59,152 nucleotides of DNA, filler included, from Dimargaris cristalligena (GCA_003614675.1; 3 parts of 3 records of this genome joined end to end with filler, not necessarily neighbours in it), one strand, 5' to 3'; shown: positions 39,372 through 52,700, counted from the first letter of the whole stretch. The notes: generated by a model from the sequence alone, not told the origin. A program made the numbers and translations.

Positions 39372-39414
39372 GGGGGATGAGTTTGAAATATGGGGGGGGA
39401 TGAGTTTGAAATAT
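39372..39414. repeat. Short tandem repeat (~23-nt unit GGGGGATGAGTTTGAAATAT) at contig end
   Basis: gggggatgagtttgaaatat occurs twice in tandem directly before the spacer. Confidence 0.8.
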
Positions 39415-39514
39415 NNNNNNNNNNNNNNNNNNNNNNNNNNNNNNNNNNNNNNNNNNNNTTAATTAATTAANNNNNNNNNNNNNNNNNNNNNNNNNNNNNN
39501 NNNNNNNNNNNNNN
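39415..39514. other. Artificial 100-nt contig spacer
   Basis: N44-TTAATTAATTAA-N44. Confidence 0.97.

Positions 39515-39567
<53 letters not shown>
39515..39567. repeat. (TC)n microsatellite at contig start, abutting the TOP3 ATG
   Basis: Perfect TC dinucleotide run. Confidence 0.95.
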
Positions 39568-39569
<2 letters not shown>

Positions 39570-42500
39570 GCGGATACTCATCGTCGCCGAAAAGCCCAGC
39601 CAGGCCAAGGAAGTTGCCCGTATCCTTTCCAATGGGGCCTGCCACCGCCGCCAGGGTCCGAGCAAGTTCTGTTCCAATTTCGACTTCCCTTACAAATTCC
39701 GCAACCAGGATTGCCAGGTCACCGTCACATCGGTGGCGGGCCACCTCATGCGCATCGATTTCCCCCCGGAGTACCGGAGCTGGCGAGCGGTGGATCCCGT
39801 TGCCTTATTCCAGGCACCTCTGGTCAAGGAGGTCCATCCCAACTACCTGGATATCCAGCGCAACCTAAAACAGGAAACGCGCAATATGAACGTGCTACTG
39901 ATTTGGACCGATTATGACCGCGAGGGCGAGAATATCGGTTCCGAGATTGTCGATGTGTGCCGTTCGGTAAAGCAGCGGTTCGAGGTGTTGCGCGCGAAAT
40001 TTTCCGTGTTCACTCCCGAGGGCATCCGGTCGGCCATGAACCACCCCGTTCAACTGGACTACCAACAGGTTCACGCCGTCGACGCCCGTACCGAGCTCGA
40101 TCTTCGGGTCGGATCAGCCTTAACTCGGTTCCAAACCCTGCGCCTCGCCCCGCGCTTCCGAGAGGTCAACAACAAAATCATCAGCTACGGCCCCTGTCAG
40201 TTCCCCACCCTAGGGTTTGTGGTCGACCAGTACCTAAAAGTCGAAAAATTCGTGCCCGAGCCCTTTTGGCATATCGACGTCCAACACGAAAAAGAAGATA
40301 CCCAGGCGAAGTTTGCCTGGAAACGTACCCGACTCTTTTGTCGTTGGACATGTACGGCGCTCTATGAACAATGCGTAGAAAACCCAACGGCCCATGTAAT
40401 ACGAGTCGATTCCAAACCGACCAGCAAGTGGAAGCCAGTTCCCTTGACAACGGTCGAAATGCTGAAAATGGCCTCTCGGTACTTGCGAATGGCGTCAGAC
40501 CGGGCTATGAAAGTAAGTTGATCAGTATCGATAGGGTGCTTGCTCCCCGATTCGGCTTAACATGTTTAGACTATTCGTATCACACTATATCTTTCAGGGG
40601 CCACAAATAAACTGGGCTACGCTATTGACATTAAGCCCTCCAGCCAATGTACCGTCCGATAGACCCCCGCGACCTTGGCATCTAATGCCTGCCTTCCAGT
40701 GCATACCCTATGTTGCCAATCCTCATAATAATCCTCACTTTCCTAGGTGGCCGAGACTTTGTACAATCAGGGGTTTATTAGCTATCCGCGTACCGAAACC
40801 GACCAATTCAGTTCCGATTTCCCGTTACGACCGCTGGTCGAAAAGCAAACCAATGCCCCGGATTGGGGTAACTATGCGACTCGGCTACTAGAGGGTGAGT
40901 TTAAGCCCCCGCGCAATGGAAAGAATAACGACAATGCCCATCCCCCCATCCACCCCACTGCCTATGCGGGAACGCTAGCAGGCGACGATAAACGGCTCTA
41001 TGAAATGATTGTGCGGCGGTTCCTGGCGGTTTGTTGGGATGATGCCAAAGGTCATAAAACTGAGGTTGATATTCGAATTGATCAGGAGGAGTTCCATTGT
41101 AAAGGTAAGTCAAGGGGCTAAATTATAGTCATGCAAACTACCGATCGTTATTTTATCGCTGTTTTTACCGTGTTATCATGGGGGGGGGGCTCCCCTTTGG
41201 ACCAAAACATACATATACTTGGCAAAGTGCGATTCTAACCTCACAGCTGCGATATTATATATTATAACCAACCCTCAGGTCTAATGGTCCTGGCCAAGAA
41301 TTACCTGGAAGTGTATCCATATGAGAAATGGACGGACATGACGATGCCCGTGTATCAACAGGGAGAGTCCTTTACCCCCACGGCTATCGAGCTAGTGGCC
41401 GGGTCAACAAGTGCCCCCCAGCTCCTAAGTGAATCCGATCTTATTGAACGGATGGAGAAATTTGGCATCGGTAGGTTGATCATTGTTTTATACATATACT
41501 AAAAAAACCCACTGTGTATGCAATTGTTGGTGTCTGTCACTTTACTTATATACAGGATAGCGGGTAGTTTACCTCGGATGGAAATGGTACATTCCTTGCA
41601 TTATGCTGTCCTACGAAATATGTTTAGATTTTAATTCACTGCGATCTTCTGCCATTGCACTGTATCCACTGATACCTAGGCACCGATGCCACAATCCATG
41701 ACCATATCAAGAAAGTCCAGGACCGAGAGTACGTTATTAAGCAGCCAGATAGTCGATTTTGCCCCTCCACCCTTGGTGTAGCATTGGTAGAGGGCTACGA
41801 TTCCATCGGATTCGACCTGTCGCTCTGTAAACCTTTCCTCCGTAGCGCCATGGAACGGGACATGAACCGGATTATCCAAGGCGCCAAAACGAAGGAAGAA
41901 GTTATTGCGGCCAATATCGCCATGTACCGCGAAGTGTACCAGCGCACCTTAGAACAGGCTAGTGCACTAGAATCAGCGTTGGCTCAGTCATTTGGTCATG
42001 CACCGGATGGAGAGGAGAGTCAAGCCCTAGTAAGTATCAGTACTAATAGTTGTAATCTAAGTTCAACTAGATATGTATCCTATTCACTGGCGGGATAATC
42101 GGCTACTGACCCCTAGTTTAATGGTGGACTAGGCTGCAATTGTTAACCCTATACTGCATGTATAATCCGTTCTATTCTGTTACCCACTTTCAGAGTCAGA
42201 ATCAGTCCATCGGTCAATGTTTGAAATGCAGATGCGGGGTTAGTCTACGCACCACCGCCAATGGACGCAAATTTATAGGTAAAGTGCTTCCGCATACCCC
42301 CTATTCGGAAGTTGGGCTGTTCACGTAATTCACACCACCCTCTACTCATCGCACTAACGCATCCACTGAGATTCAAGAAATTTAACCCCTCTACACTCTC
42401 GATGTATTTGGATTGTACACTCCAGGCTGTAGCGGCTACCCTAGTTGCAGGGAGTCCATATGGTGCCCCGATTTCGTCACTAATCTCGAGCCGACTGATG

Positions 42501-44199
42501 TGACTTGTTCCCAGTGTAGCCGGACTGGGCGGACCATGAAACTATTGTCAATATCTTTTCAACCAGGTGGTTTCCCATTTGGATACACTTCACCAGTAAG
42601 TTTCCTCTATGGTCTGGAGATTACCAATCAGTGTGATTCATCGGAATTCTCTCTAATGGTTATGGATTATAGCTTGTAAACAAAACGCAGGGACTCATAC
42701 AATTTAATTACCCCTATATTTCCTCTTATACTGGCACTGTGATATGTGTTCATTAGCACCAGGGATGTGTTGGAGGTTGTGACGAACTCATCAACCAACT
42801 TTTCAAAATTCAGCAAACATCCTCAGCATCGAGTAACGGCTACGCACGGCCAGCGGCTCCCCCACCGAATGGGCATCCAATACCGTATACTCGAATAGAC
42901 GAGGGTTTGGGGGCTGCCCAACAGCAACAGTACAATGGTTCATCGGACAACCAGAGTCGGCTAATCCGCACCAACAGCGTACCCCTCACCCATATGGTAA
43001 CTCAACTTGCCCCTCTTTCAAACCGGCCCATATCCACCATGTCCCAAATGACCGGTGCTTTAAGGTACGACACGAACACTAATCTGAACGCTGCAACCAC
43101 TACTATGTATGGTGAGGCTCCTGGCCTCTCCAACACCTCGGATGCCACGATTATGTGCGACTGTGGGAAACCCGTAGTTACCCGCGTCACCAAGAAGGAG
43201 GGCCCCAATAAAGACCGGGCGTTCTACGGGTGTGGGCAGCCCATGGACACCAAGTGTAATTTCTTTCAATGGGTGGACTCTGACCAGGCCCGGGGCCAAA
43301 CACGGTCCTTTACCATGCCGAACCCGAACCACAGCCATGCCCATGGCTCAGGTGGCCAGAGCCTGGACTCATTCCACGCTCACCTACAAGCAAGCAGTGG
43401 CTCCACGGGGCCACGGATCCAGTGCCGGTGTGGCCTAATGGCAGTATCAGCCGTTGCGAAAGCGGAAGGTCCTAATTGCGGCCGAGCTTACTATAAATGT
43501 AGCAAATCCTACCAAGCATGTAGGTTTTTCGAGTGGGATGATACCAATAATGCTGGGGGTGGTAGCTTTGGTGGTATGGGCGGCATGGGCAGTGACGGCG
43601 GAGGTGGTGGTGGCGGTCCATCGTCTTCTTTCAATGGAGGAAGCTCATCCACCGCTAGATCATCGAGGTCGGGTTCGATTATGGCATCGAGCTCCGATGA
43701 CTGGATGGCGAGTGCAACATGTTACGTTTGCGATACGGTAAGAACCACTGCTATTATAGTTATTAGCAAATGCTTGGACACATGTCATTCTAGCCCTTGC
43801 CTAATGGGGCATGACTAGTCCCAATATTAGGGCCAAAATCCTAAATGAAAACAATAGGATAGGTTTCGGGGAATTAAAGTGATCCTACGATAGTATTATT
43901 TATGCTTCCTCATGACCCCCACCCTTCATCCAGCCATATCCTTTGGGCACTTAGAATCCACGTTTTATTAACTCTGCTAATAGCCATCTACCCCTAACGC
44001 CCAACTTCCCTCCCCCTATTCCGTATTACGGCAATCGAATTAGGTGGGCCATATTGCCAGCAATTGTCCCCAAAAAGGGTCTGGATCGGGTTCCAAACCC
44101 AGTAAACGGGCCCCAAAGCGACGTACGAACGCCCGGTCTACCAGCAGTATAAAGTCCGCCCGACCTAGCAAACGGCGTACCCGAGTGAAAAATGACTAA
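39568..44199 (+). CDS. TOP3: DNA topoisomerase III (alpha-type, long C-terminus). Exons 39568-40512, 40747-41104, 41279-41470, 41680-42029, 42194-42278, 42426-42595, 42757-43737, 44044-44199 (1078 aa)
   Basis: TOPRIM VAEKPS and WTDYDREGENIG, SYGPCQFPTLGFVV, catalytic GFISYPRTET, AHPPIHP, GIGTDAT across an intron, C4 zinc ribbon (GCSGYPSC), two zf-GRF and a CCHC knuckle. All GT-AG in frame (3237 nt). Confidence 0.95.
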
Positions 44200-45575
44200 T
44201 GCTATTACATTTGATACCAGAATAATCCAAACCCTCATGACATTTTGTGTGAAATAAAAGATGGATGACTGATTGGGATATGTTGTTTTTGGTCCAGAAA
44301 ATACAAAGTTAATCGGTGGGTTTTATACGGAATAGTTGCATTGAACTAATCCTCAACCGGTTTAATGGATCGGACTGCATAGTGCTAGCTGTAGCTAAAT
44401 GGTATTTAATGCCTTGAAGTAACTGAGGAGGCCCATCCATATAGGACCACCCCTGAATGTGTAGTAGACGTATGAAGTGACCAAAAAATACGCTAGTTCC
44501 TAAGTTGGTGCTAGATGGCTGGCAATGATGCCACTCTTTTACCATTCGCTCACCACGCAATCCACCGGAGTAAATTTCCCCGAACTTCCCGTAAAAGGGT
44601 ATTTTCCCAGTGCCGCCTCCCTTCTATCACTTCGATTTTAATAAATTGCATGATGCCATGGTATGGTATAGGGGCGATACTACCTTCCAATGTTCGATTT
44701 ATTTATTTATTTTGCCAATGTCCCTTAAGTGCCACAGGGGGAGGGGACTCCTTCGAAGCCCAACATTTGTTTCTAGGACAGCGAAAGTGCCGTTTGTTTG
44801 GTCAGCAACAGCCCACTCCAACATCAATTTCCTGCTGCGGAGGATCATCTAATTTATACCAAACTCAATACCTCGAACTTTCTGGCTTCAAAATACCATT
44901 TTCCGATCCTCACTTAGAAACTTGTACCCCCCTCCCCCACCCTACAGTTTAAGAATTCTATACTCGTGACCCCTTGGTCGCCCCGCTGCTGTACCTTCTT
45001 GCAGGTGGTCTGGGCTATTTTAGGCACCATCGATCCTACCCCTGACGGCCTGGAACGTTGTTGGGTGGACAGTGCTTTTCTAATGTCTGCGATTGGAGGC
45101 ATCACCACAGGGTTTCAGTGGCTTGTCATTTAGACCTCTGGCTGTGTCCATCTCTTCATGTGAGACTGGCAGAGTGGCACCGAGTCAGGAGGGGAGGAGA
45201 CTCCGCTTAGCTGGCTGTCTGAATATGGCCAAGTCCAATGCCCATTTTCCTATATATATATTTATCGCACAGTCCAGCGCGCACTATAAATAAACGACAC
45301 TCTGCTCGCAAAAAGGCCTAGTATCAGTGATTAACCTCTTTCACTCTCCCATACGTTGTGGATCTACCCCCAGTGGCTTATAAAGTCGTTCATTTTCCCT
45401 TCATAGTTTTTTTCGATTCACTCAACTTGCTTCATCTTTAAGCTATCACGTGTACTTAAGCACAAGAAATTCGTATCGAACAATCCACTTGCAGACCAAT
45501 TTTACTTTCACCCTTACCCGCTGTTTATTTTTTCTCCTTTTCCATTAGTTATATACGATCCAACAAATTAATAAC

Positions 45576-46679
45576 ATGGTGGCATTATGCATACCCAATC
45601 CTTTTTCGCAGTCCCATCGCTTAACCTTCATTCGAGTCAAACCACGTCTTCTTCTGTGTGTCCTAGCTATCTACCAGTTTAGTAGGGTGGCCAATGGTGC
45701 ACTGTTTTATCTCCAGGACCCCGCGGACATCCAGGCCAATACCCAAATCCCAGCCCCCAAATTCAGATATTCCACGTTACCATTGGTTCACCTGGCCAGC
45801 CCAAACGAAGCCGCCCCATTCCACCCGGAATCACCCAATACGGTAACCGAGATGCTCGAGCAAGTGGCTATACCATCCATTAGGGAAACCCTACCGAAAT
45901 ATCCTATAGTCGACCTCAAGGGGGTATCGGCCGATGCCCATCTCGCCATTATCGGAGATGTTCACGGGCATATCAACGAACTCAACCGTTTGATTGACCA
46001 GATCCAACGGCAAATCACGGGCGACATCCATTATATTTTCGTGGGCGACCTCGTGGCTAAAGGCCCCGAATCCCAGGCGGTGATCCAGCGGGCCATGCAA
46101 CTCGGGGCGAGTTGTGTGCGCGGTAACCATGACCAACGGGTCCTTTCCAGTCGCTATTTGTTGGACGACGACGCATCGGCGGATACGCGCAAAGCCGCCA
46201 TGCCCGACGGATTAGATATTAAACGGGAACACGAGAAGTTAGCCAAGTCTTTAGCCCCCGAGGCCCTCCATTATCTGGCGCAATGCCCGCTGGTGATTAA
46301 ACTACCCCCGGTGTACCGGGGGTTGGTGGTACACGCCGGGGTCAACCCCGTCCACGCTTTGGAGCATCAGTCCCCGATTGACCTCATGACGATGCGGAAT
46401 ATAAAGAAGAATGGCAAGGCTGTGGAGGGAACCGATAAGGGGAAGGCTTGGTATAAAGTGTGGGACCAGGCTGTGAATGACCAAACTATTAGTGCCGACT
46501 TCCGGGGGTTCGAAAAGGTGTATTATGGTCATGCCGCTGGGCGAGGGCTTAAAGAACGGACTCATTCGTTGGGTTTAGATTCGGGCTGTGTTAATGGGGA
46601 TCAGCTAACCGCCGTCATTCTCCCTGGTCACCAACTGGTAAGCGTGGATTGCGAAGCCGTCGATCTTAATGATGAATAG
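45576..46679 (+). CDS. Calcineurin-like metallophosphoesterase, Ppn2/ApaH-like, with N-terminal hydrophobic anchor
   Basis: GDVHG, VGDLVAKGP, VRGNHD, VVHAG, YYGH and GLDSGCV motifs, plus the hydrophobic segment LLLCVLAIY. Confidence 0.9.
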   Translation: MVALCIPNPFSQSHRLTFIRVKPRLLLCVLAIYQFSRVANGALFYLQDPADIQANTQIPAPKFRYSTLPLVHLASPNEAAPFHPESPNTVTEMLEQVAIPSIRETLPKYPIVDLKGVSADAHLAIIGDVHGHINELNRLIDQIQRQITGDIHYIFVGDLVAKGPESQAVIQRAMQLGASCVRGNHDQRVLSSRYLLDDDASADTRKAAMPDGLDIKREHEKLAKSLAPEALHYLAQCPLVIKLPPVYRGLVVHAGVNPVHALEHQSPIDLMTMRNIKKNGKAVEGTDKGKAWYKVWDQAVNDQTISADFRGFEKVYYGHAAGRGLKERTHSLGLDSGCVNGDQLTAVILPGHQLVSVDCEAVDLNDE

Positions 46680-47243
46680 AAATTTGAAGCCATTGTTATT
46701 TCACAAAGTCCATTTTTAATAGTATCCTATGCCGGTGGTATGGGACAGGTTACCAAGGTCCTCTTAAATGTTTACTAAAACCAATAAATGATGTAGCCAT
46801 ATTCGTTTTAGTTTCCAGCAATATTTTTTTAATGTTGGCAGCTGACTCGGATTTATCTTCTCGGCAATACAGTTAAGGTGACCCACAGCTGTATTATAAT
46901 AATTATTACTATGTAGCGTGAATCACCTATATGAGGCGCTGTGATTAAGCAAAATACATTATTTTCACTATTCGGTTCGAAGCGATGATGGCCAGTGTCA
47001 TTATAATGTCGTGTATCCCCAAATAAAGAACCACAAATGGTACAAAATATTTATTTTCGATCTAAACCCAAATACAAAGTAAAATTTATTTTTTGTAAAT
47101 CATGCTTGAAGAAATGGGCTAAAGGGTAAAGGTCGAGAAGTACTCGATTAGACGTCAAATCCATGGTTCGAGAATATCCCAATGCCATGTTACATTGGTA
47201 GACTTGGCCATGCGTCAGCGATGCATTTCATCCTATTTATTCA

Positions 47244-47591
47244 TCATTTGACAAGCGCTATAACGAAACCACAGATGGTTGCCGCATCAGCCACATATCC
47301 AATGTTATCTTTCACCAATTTTATCGCTGCTTTGGCATTGTTTTTGGTGCAGTAGTCTTTGACCTTGGTCTTGACATCTGCTTTTGGCCGATCCAAGGTC
47401 GACTTGACTTCGGGGGGAATTCCCCCCCGCTCAGCGGTATCCAGGTCTGGCGATAAAGTTCCGGGGGCGGCGCGACTAGCCATTCTGGTGGGGGTCGGCG
47501 TGTTGGCAGGCCTGGCATAGACCGGGGCAGGCCCGAGGTTTCCGGCCAGGAGAACCAAAATGCTGATGGCAATGAATTGGGTGAGCTTCAT
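47244..47591 (-). CDS. Small secreted protein (115 aa) with basic middle region and hydrophobic C-terminal helix
   Basis: ccaccATG start, signal peptide MKLTQFIAISILVLLAGNLGPAPVYA|RP and an AT-rich 3' flank. Confidence 0.75.
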   Translation of the reverse strand: MKLTQFIAISILVLLAGNLGPAPVYARPANTPTPTRMASRAAPGTLSPDLDTAERGGIPPEVKSTLDRPKADVKTKVKDYCTKNNAKAAIKLVKDNIGYVADAATICGFVIALVK

Positions 47592-50500
47592 GGTGGGAGG
47601 AAGGGTTGGGTGGAGGGAGGCGGCGGAGGATAGAGTGCCGTTATGTGGAGGGGGAGTTGGGAAATGGAAAATGTATTGGTAACGGTGGAGTGGCTATTGA
47701 GATGGAAATATAAATGTCAATGGAGGATGGTGTTGTATGATTGGAAATTCAGGGGGATACAGGATGGTTCGTTCTTAGTCTTACCATCCGGCGAAAAGTC
47801 ACAGTTGGATTCAAATGAACTGGCCATTTCTAGAACAGGATGAATCATTTAAAAACAGTCCAAGGGCGGGGTTAAAGATTGGGGAACAAACGTCATATTA
47901 GATCAACTAAGCACTTAAAGTGGTTCTATTTTTGGAAACAGAAAATGATGGCCAAAATCATAAAGTCAACCAGAGTTATTCGCTCCAAAAAGAACAGACA
48001 ACATTCGACGAAGATCCTGACTGAATTTCGATGGTCAGCCCTTTATAACCTCCACAACCGCTGATGATCCTACAACCACAATCAATAACCTTTAATCCAC
48101 ATCCTTATCCCTATCCATCTGGAACTTCTACACTCCTGTCCTCATTGTAGTCGTAATATATTCCGAATGAATCGCTGCCTTGTATCTGGCGACGATTGCA
48201 ACCATCACCATAGATAATTATGTTGCGATGCTTTATTTAGAAATCTTAATACCGGCACAACACTGGATTGGAGAGACAAAAGTACTCTTCAAAAAAAGCA
48301 GAGTTAACGCGGGTTATAAATAAGCCAGCTGTACATTTAATACCGAAGTGGTCGGTCCGGCAATGTATCATCCCTTGGGACAACTCTGTGGCTAGTCTAT
48401 ATAGTTGCTCACCACAATCAACATGTCATCCGCAGACAATACACCGTTGCGATAGTACATAATTTTCGAGAGAGCGGTAACTTTATTAGCCTAACAGGTG
48501 CAAACTCTATTGCGTTTTTGGGTGGCATTAGTTGGACCTAACTGTACTAGTTTTAAAGTATTATTCCAGTGGCAAAATGCCTTGATTGACTGGCTCGTAA
48601 TCGCAGTATGGCAACTATGTAACTAAGTTTGTGAGCGTAATCCATGTTAAATACCATCGCCAGGGCCACCCACGGCTATTTCGCTGGTAAGATCACCTAT
48701 CTGGGCTCATCGGCAGGCATCCGGGCCTCCGGAACTTATTATTCAACGACAAATACCCGGGTACCCCATAAGCAGGTATTGCGCAAGCAATCTGGTGCCC
48801 CGACATCCCACTTAATAACTGATGCCTCTGGCCTATGGCCTACTTTGGGTAACTCATTTTGAGATCATGTTTGGACAATTCTTTACAACTATTGAAGGCT
48901 TATATATACGCCCCACCAAACTTCACTTTTAAACTGGTAGCTTGCTTCAAGCTGTTACGCCAGTATTGTATAAAGACTCAGCTTAATCCAGTAGCCTGGG
49001 CTTCGACGCATTCTTTCATTACGCAGATATCCCACCCCCTACTGCAAGAAACCCAGCTAACGTATCCACCCTTTATAAGAAACTAGCCAACGGGCTCTCG
49101 TGAGCCACCGGAGCCGTAAACCATAGCAACATTGTCCCTCCCCATTTGAAAAAATGATTAAACCGGATACATGACAATGCTGTTAACCTACTGCCCTGTG
49201 ATATTTGCAGAATATTACAGAGGTAACAAACCCGCTATCCACTATTATATTCTATTTACAGTGGCCATATCCTGAGCCAAGATGGTATAATCTGGGCACT
49301 AGATGTTTATGCTGTAGGCTCTAGATATAGAGCCCTCTTTGGACTTAAATCCGTGAACTATAAGAGGCCGGTAACGCGAGTATTGTAGAGCCTGTTATTT
49401 TCTCAAGGTATCATATAGTGAATGGTAGCTAGTTGTAATCATAATAAAAATGCATATCAAATGTACAGTCCTCTTGCTGTTACTCATAATACTATCAAAA
49501 ACGGGCAATAAGCGCAAGTACCATTGGTTACCATCCACGGTTGATTTTATTGACATAGTTACAAGTGTTAGCCAGAGTGATCCATATAAAACAATGTTCC
49601 GAGCATGGGACGAGTCACTAGAGATATGGGTACTGTAATGTAAATGTGTATTTTTGAATAGTGCCAGTCGGGATACTGATTAAAGGCCAGTTGAAAGATA
49701 CGTCTCTTTAGCTAGAGGGGAACCTATTTTCCAACTTTCCGACTTTCTACAAATTTCATGTGTCTCTCCCTGGCAAGTTTCTCGGCAGTTGGACCACCTG
49801 AGCTAAAACGAACATTTGCTTGGGTATTGGGCAGAACACAGGCCAAAACGACCAAGACAAATAAGGCGACAGAAGACTTGGTAGAATACATGTTAGTGTA
49901 GGACAGTAGAAATGACCTTAAAAGTAAAGGCGATTGGTAGGGGAGGGTGTGTACAAAGGGTATGTGAAATGTTGACGTTTAAATGAAGGTAAAGTTTGGA
50001 TATTGTTGGGCAAAATGGGCGGGCTATATGGTGGTATTTATACAGTTCTAGGTCTACGGGCCACAGATCACAGGCCGGGTAGCAGATGTACTTGTCTATG
50101 TACGCTCCCAAAAGCCTTCAAGAGATGGGGGAGGAAGCTACCTGGCGGATAGGAAAACAGTCAAAAAAACAGCATATTCAATGAATGATGGGTGTGATCA
50201 GCGTCTACATGAAACAATGTCCAACTCCCGACTTTATAGTAGCTTACTTTCAAAAAGCAGTCTAAGTAGAGGAGGCCAATATCCCAATGACTTAACCAAT
50301 TAAATTAACGACATGGGGGTAGTGATGCTCTACCCTTGCCCATTGGTAATCTTTCGCGCTGCCAATCCTTCGAATTTAGCTTATTTGAATATCTCGCAGA
50401 GAAACCAGCACAGGGGCGCTAATAATTGCAAAGAGATGAACGAGGCAGTGTAATTCGGAATCTTCGAAAGTTGATTATTACAATTTACCAGTTGATTTCC

Positions 50501-51215
50501 ATATATATTAGATACCGGCTATCCAATGGAAGTTTTGTACCGCACTATTGCCCTTAGCAGTTCGGGCTCTCTATCAACACAGCCGAGCCTCCCTACGGGC
50601 GTTTTTAATTGCGAGAATCCGAATTTGGCCTTGTCATAGTAGTTCGCGGGAGTGTGCTCTAGTGGTAGGAGTGTATATTCCTGGAATTATAAGGGAATAT
50701 ACGCCAGATAAAAGTATATGTTTAGTTTAAAACGTAGTTTTCTTTCTATTACTTCTGAACTATATATCCGTCTTTACCTATAACCCCATAGTGAACAATT
50801 GCTAAGCAGGACTCTACAAGTGAGTAAGTGCAGTTTGATATAGCGCTTACTGGAAGAATAGACAATGAACTTTTTAAAGATAAGGCTGGCAAAGTTTAAC
50901 GGGGAGTTTTAGGATGAAGTATGGTTCGTTTTGCTACCTGGTGTATAATTCGGATTTACCATAAGATTGGCATTGGGCCGCCCCGGTCCCCTAACTCTGC
51001 CCAACCCTAGAATAGTCGAGCCGTAGGCATGTCTTTCACAAAGTTCGCTTGTTGAAGTGGGACTGTTCATTCAATCCCTCTAATCTATTGGACAGCCTCA
51101 CCTCTAAAACGGGGAATTAAATAAAGGCATTAGTTGATGTATAATATCTGGGACCTGGCTATTAACCCTAACTAACTCCATTTTATAGCAGCACTTGAAG
51201 AAAAGCACATATCAC

Positions 51216-51794
51216 TATCACCTGGGTTAACCACTCTTAGTCTGTCAAGAGTCCCAAGGATAGGCTTCTAATAGTAGGTGGGGCTTAGACTCGGCCAAGT
51301 GGGTTACTAGCATTAGGGTGGGGGCATCATACTAACCAATAAAGGATAATTCAGGTAAATGTCAGGGACATGCAGTGGGTACACTTACTAGTTAGTACAA
51401 GGGGGTGAGTGTATATAGAGTTTATTGAGGTAAACTGGGGGATAGAAATAAGAAGGCTTGAACCAGTCCCAGGAGGGCCTGGTTATATATATATGGGGAT
51501 GGCTCCAGAGGGAAGTCCCAAGGTAAATACTACTAAGACTAAGGTATGGATAAGTAAAGAATCTGACTGGATGACTTCACATTGGGAAGACTCTCATAGG
51601 AACTGGAAGAGTCTTGGATCAGCAAGTTGAGTGTTTGGGGTGTAAAGTGTTGGGGTCAAATGGGTGGGGTTATATAATAAAAGGTGACCCCATAGTACTG
51701 GGGGTGACTATGGGAGGGTTAATATGGCACTATAAGGCCTAATAAGGACTGATGATTGTTAAGTCCAGATTAAGTCAGATTAGGAGGGCCGACA
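51216..51794 (-). mobile_element. LTR-like repeat (probable solo LTR), CpG-decayed
   Basis: Reverse complement aligns along its length with 57027-57609. Minus strand starts TGTCGG and ends GTGATA (GTGACA with one transition). Confidence 0.7.
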
Positions 51795-52556
51795 GGGATA
51801 CAATACCCAAATCCATGTCTAAGGTTAATATTTGATGTAAGTGATAATCATATTCAAGAAGAGGGAAAGCTGACATTATATATGTTTAGCCATGGCTGTA
51901 CAAGCCCTTGATGTAGATGGTATGGGGCCCCAATATATCTTCAAGGTAGAAGTGATTCGGATAAATTATTGAGCCACTTGGCCAAGTCAGTCTGAACTAG
52001 CTAATGACCCCCATTAGTCTGGTTGGGAAACTCGGCGGATTCGGTCATGTTTCAGGTAGTCAATCTCATGTAATCGCGATTGATACACTATAGCGAGTAT
52101 AACGCCGTGATAAAAGTAAAGCTATTGGGGCAAGATGACTATACCATATCCATTCGCCTGCTTAGTCATGGCCTGTGTAAGGGAGACGGTAAATATATTA
52201 ATACCCGTTCCATTCGGCCTTGGTGCACCATTTGCACAATCACCTGTACGCTTCCCTGAGAACGATTGGGGATCTCGAGTCACCATTTCCAGCCATTCGG
52301 GAAGCGTAGTTAAATCACTTGACCAAATGGGGCACTCGGTTCATCAAGAAGGGGCCTTCAATATATTACAGGGAGTGTGAGTGATGCTGCCTTTCGGGGG
52401 CACTGTGCTATTCTTGGTGACGCGAACAAATTAATTGAATGGCCATCCGAATAACCGCCGTCTCGCTTCAAAACCTTCTGCTGTATAATATTGGGGTGCA
52501 CTCAGGGAACTAATCAAAACTACAGGAACCAACGCTACACCTCCTGAATGGTCGTT

Positions 52557-52700
52557 ATATGGATGAAATTCAAACCAGCTGTATAAGGTTTTACATAATA
52601 CATGTATGGGCAAATATATGTGAGAAAAGCTTTTAACCAGTAATATTGGCCTCATCCAATGGATTTTTTGTTATACAGCCTGAATGAACTTCTCTCATAT
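52557..52700. mobile_element. Full copy of 144-bp MITE-like element
   Basis: About 95% identical to 518-661 by eye, with the same boundaries ATATGG...CATAT. Confidence 0.75.
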
